Below, piece after piece: positions 62,171 through 64,000 of a stretch of 64,000 nucleotides of DNA; position 1 is the stretch's first letter, and every line of letters begins with the position of its first letter. Under the pieces are notes generated by a model. The model saw only the letters and a program-made list of their open reading frames with translations. It searched no databases and was not told the DNA's origin. The stretch lies in contig NW_024704742.1 in NCBI RefSeq assembly GCF_018977255.1, positions 56,050,001 to 56,114,000 of the forward strand, given 5' to 3'. Made by a program: the position numbers and the translations under genes. The DNA is from Callorhinchus milii. Its lineage: Eukaryota.

Positions 62171-64000
62171 CTTCTTGGCCAGAATTATATTTTAGTTCCA
62201 ACGTTTTGATGTTTAAATGCAACATTGACACCTTTTCTTTGGCATCCCTTTGAAAATATATAATAACAATTCGCATTTATATAGCGTCCTTAGAGGGTGG
62301 CATCTCAGAGTGCTTAACAGTGGCAAAGTCTGATGTCGAGCCAGGGGAAAGGGAGGGAGGTGACCGTAAGCACAATCCAAGAGAAAACGATTTTATGTCA
62401 GTTTCAACCGCACATGCAATAACAGGAATGGCTAATACACAGTAATTAGTGAGCTTTGCTGAACCGAATATAAGACATTAATGTTTTTTTGGGGGAAGGT
62501 TATACTTTCACATTAAAACCCTGCCAGCAGTTCATTATGAGTGGAATAATAATAATATTAGATGTGATGTATCCGAGTGTGTGAGAGATGCTTGTTGATT
62601 TGAAAGGGAGATTATTTAGTTATCAAGTGGCTCAAAGTGTCCGGGGAAAAAATAGGCAGAGAATTTGCTTTTCATCACAACCGCAGGGGGTTGATGTGAG
62701 TCCTTACACTTTGGAGGAGCGATATGTGCAGTTGGAAAGAGGCAGAAAATGAGGTGGAGTCTCCTTACACTATAAGTCTCAACATCAGTAATACATCGCG
62801 TTGCTTTTTACAAACACATTTTTTAAATTTGGCATTTTTGGATGAATTGCTTCCTCTCCCTGAATACATTTGCCTATGATTTGTACATACATGGCCATTT
62901 ACTTGGTTTCCTGTCATCTTTCAACATGACAATAAAATAGATGTCAGTATTTATTCAAAGGTAACTCATACTTCACTGTGGTATTTACATCTATTGAAGT
63001 TTGTTGAAAAATGTATTGCTTTAAAACAGTCCCATTTTGTAACAATAATACTTTGCCCCGTATCTTATGGCATTATATTTTAGTTGCAAATGCCATATGT
63101 AAATGACTGTAATTGGATGGATCATTTGCACAACAAAGCTAACAAGTGCTATGATTGATTATTTTTCACATGTGCTATTTTTTGGTATTGTTATGGATAC
63201 ATTTCCAAATATTTGGTTCTTACATTTCATTTATTTTTCAACATACATATAGAATGTGCAAATATTTATTTGATTGAAAGAAAACATGGTAATATTCAGG
63301 TTTAACTTGTAATACTCATCATCCGGGGCTGTCTTTAATGCATGGAATGTGGTTGTGAATATTGTAGATTAAACTGCATTGATCAGCATTGATGCTTACT
63401 GAAGAATGCCAAAGAATACTGGCTTTAAAGCAGTATGAATTTGAGACAAGATTTCCTTTGGGCATTAAAACAATGATTTCCTACAAAAAATGCAGATTTT
63501 TGCTTCTGCCTTATGTTTTAATCACACTCACTACTGTATTTAGATGTGCTTATTAGCTATTGATATATACAGAACAACAACAGCAACTTTCACTTATATA
63601 GCTCCCTCCACAGAGGGTAGCATCTCAGAGTGTGGAGTGCGCTATATAATGACTGTAATTGAATATAGGATTGTCTAACTTCTTATATTTTATATGATTC
63701 TTTTTAAACAAAACCTAAATTTCTCTTTATATATTGACTATTTTAGACTCTATGTAAATTCTCAGATATAAAGTTTGTCAAGCGAGGGATGGAAATACAT
63801 AATTTTAAAAGGAACAAAAATGATATCTATGGAGGCATTGCTAGAATAATTAACTTCTGTTAGCAATAAAACTAAAAGAGAGTATCCTTCAAGATAACTC
63901 AATAGGTAATGGTTTCATCAATACACAATTGACCTATCTGGTTGGACAAAACAATAATACTGAGTATTATTCAACCCTCCTCTGGAATTCTTAAATTGAT

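Overview
Eukaryotic (vertebrate) genomic DNA. Bases 1-30.3 kb hold the 3' part of a + strand FAT1 atypical cadherin gene: 18 constitutive coding exons or exon parts with GT-AG boundaries and consistent phases, encoding cadherin repeats, EGF/Laminin-G domains, a TM helix and a cytoplasmic tail ending in HTEV. The last introns contain two recognisable cassette exons (60 nt and 36 nt) and three further candidate micro/poison exons. Bases 30.3-55 kb are gene-free and full of tRNA-derived SINEs, L2 and CR1 fragments; the repeat content suggests a cartilaginous fish, possibly a chimaera (inference). At 60.7 kb is coding exon 1 of a melatonin receptor (MTNR1A by FAT1 synteny). Its upstream region carries about 3 kb of G-rich tandem arrays with an embedded L2 RT fragment, plus E-box/D-box and K50-homeodomain motifs. 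I see no prokaryotic-type system. The most interesting signals are the FAT1 tail splicing cassettes, two hairpin/inverted-repeat structures and the G-quadruplex-type VNTR at the MTNR1A promoter. All alignments and coordinates were done by eye; repeat boundaries are approximate.
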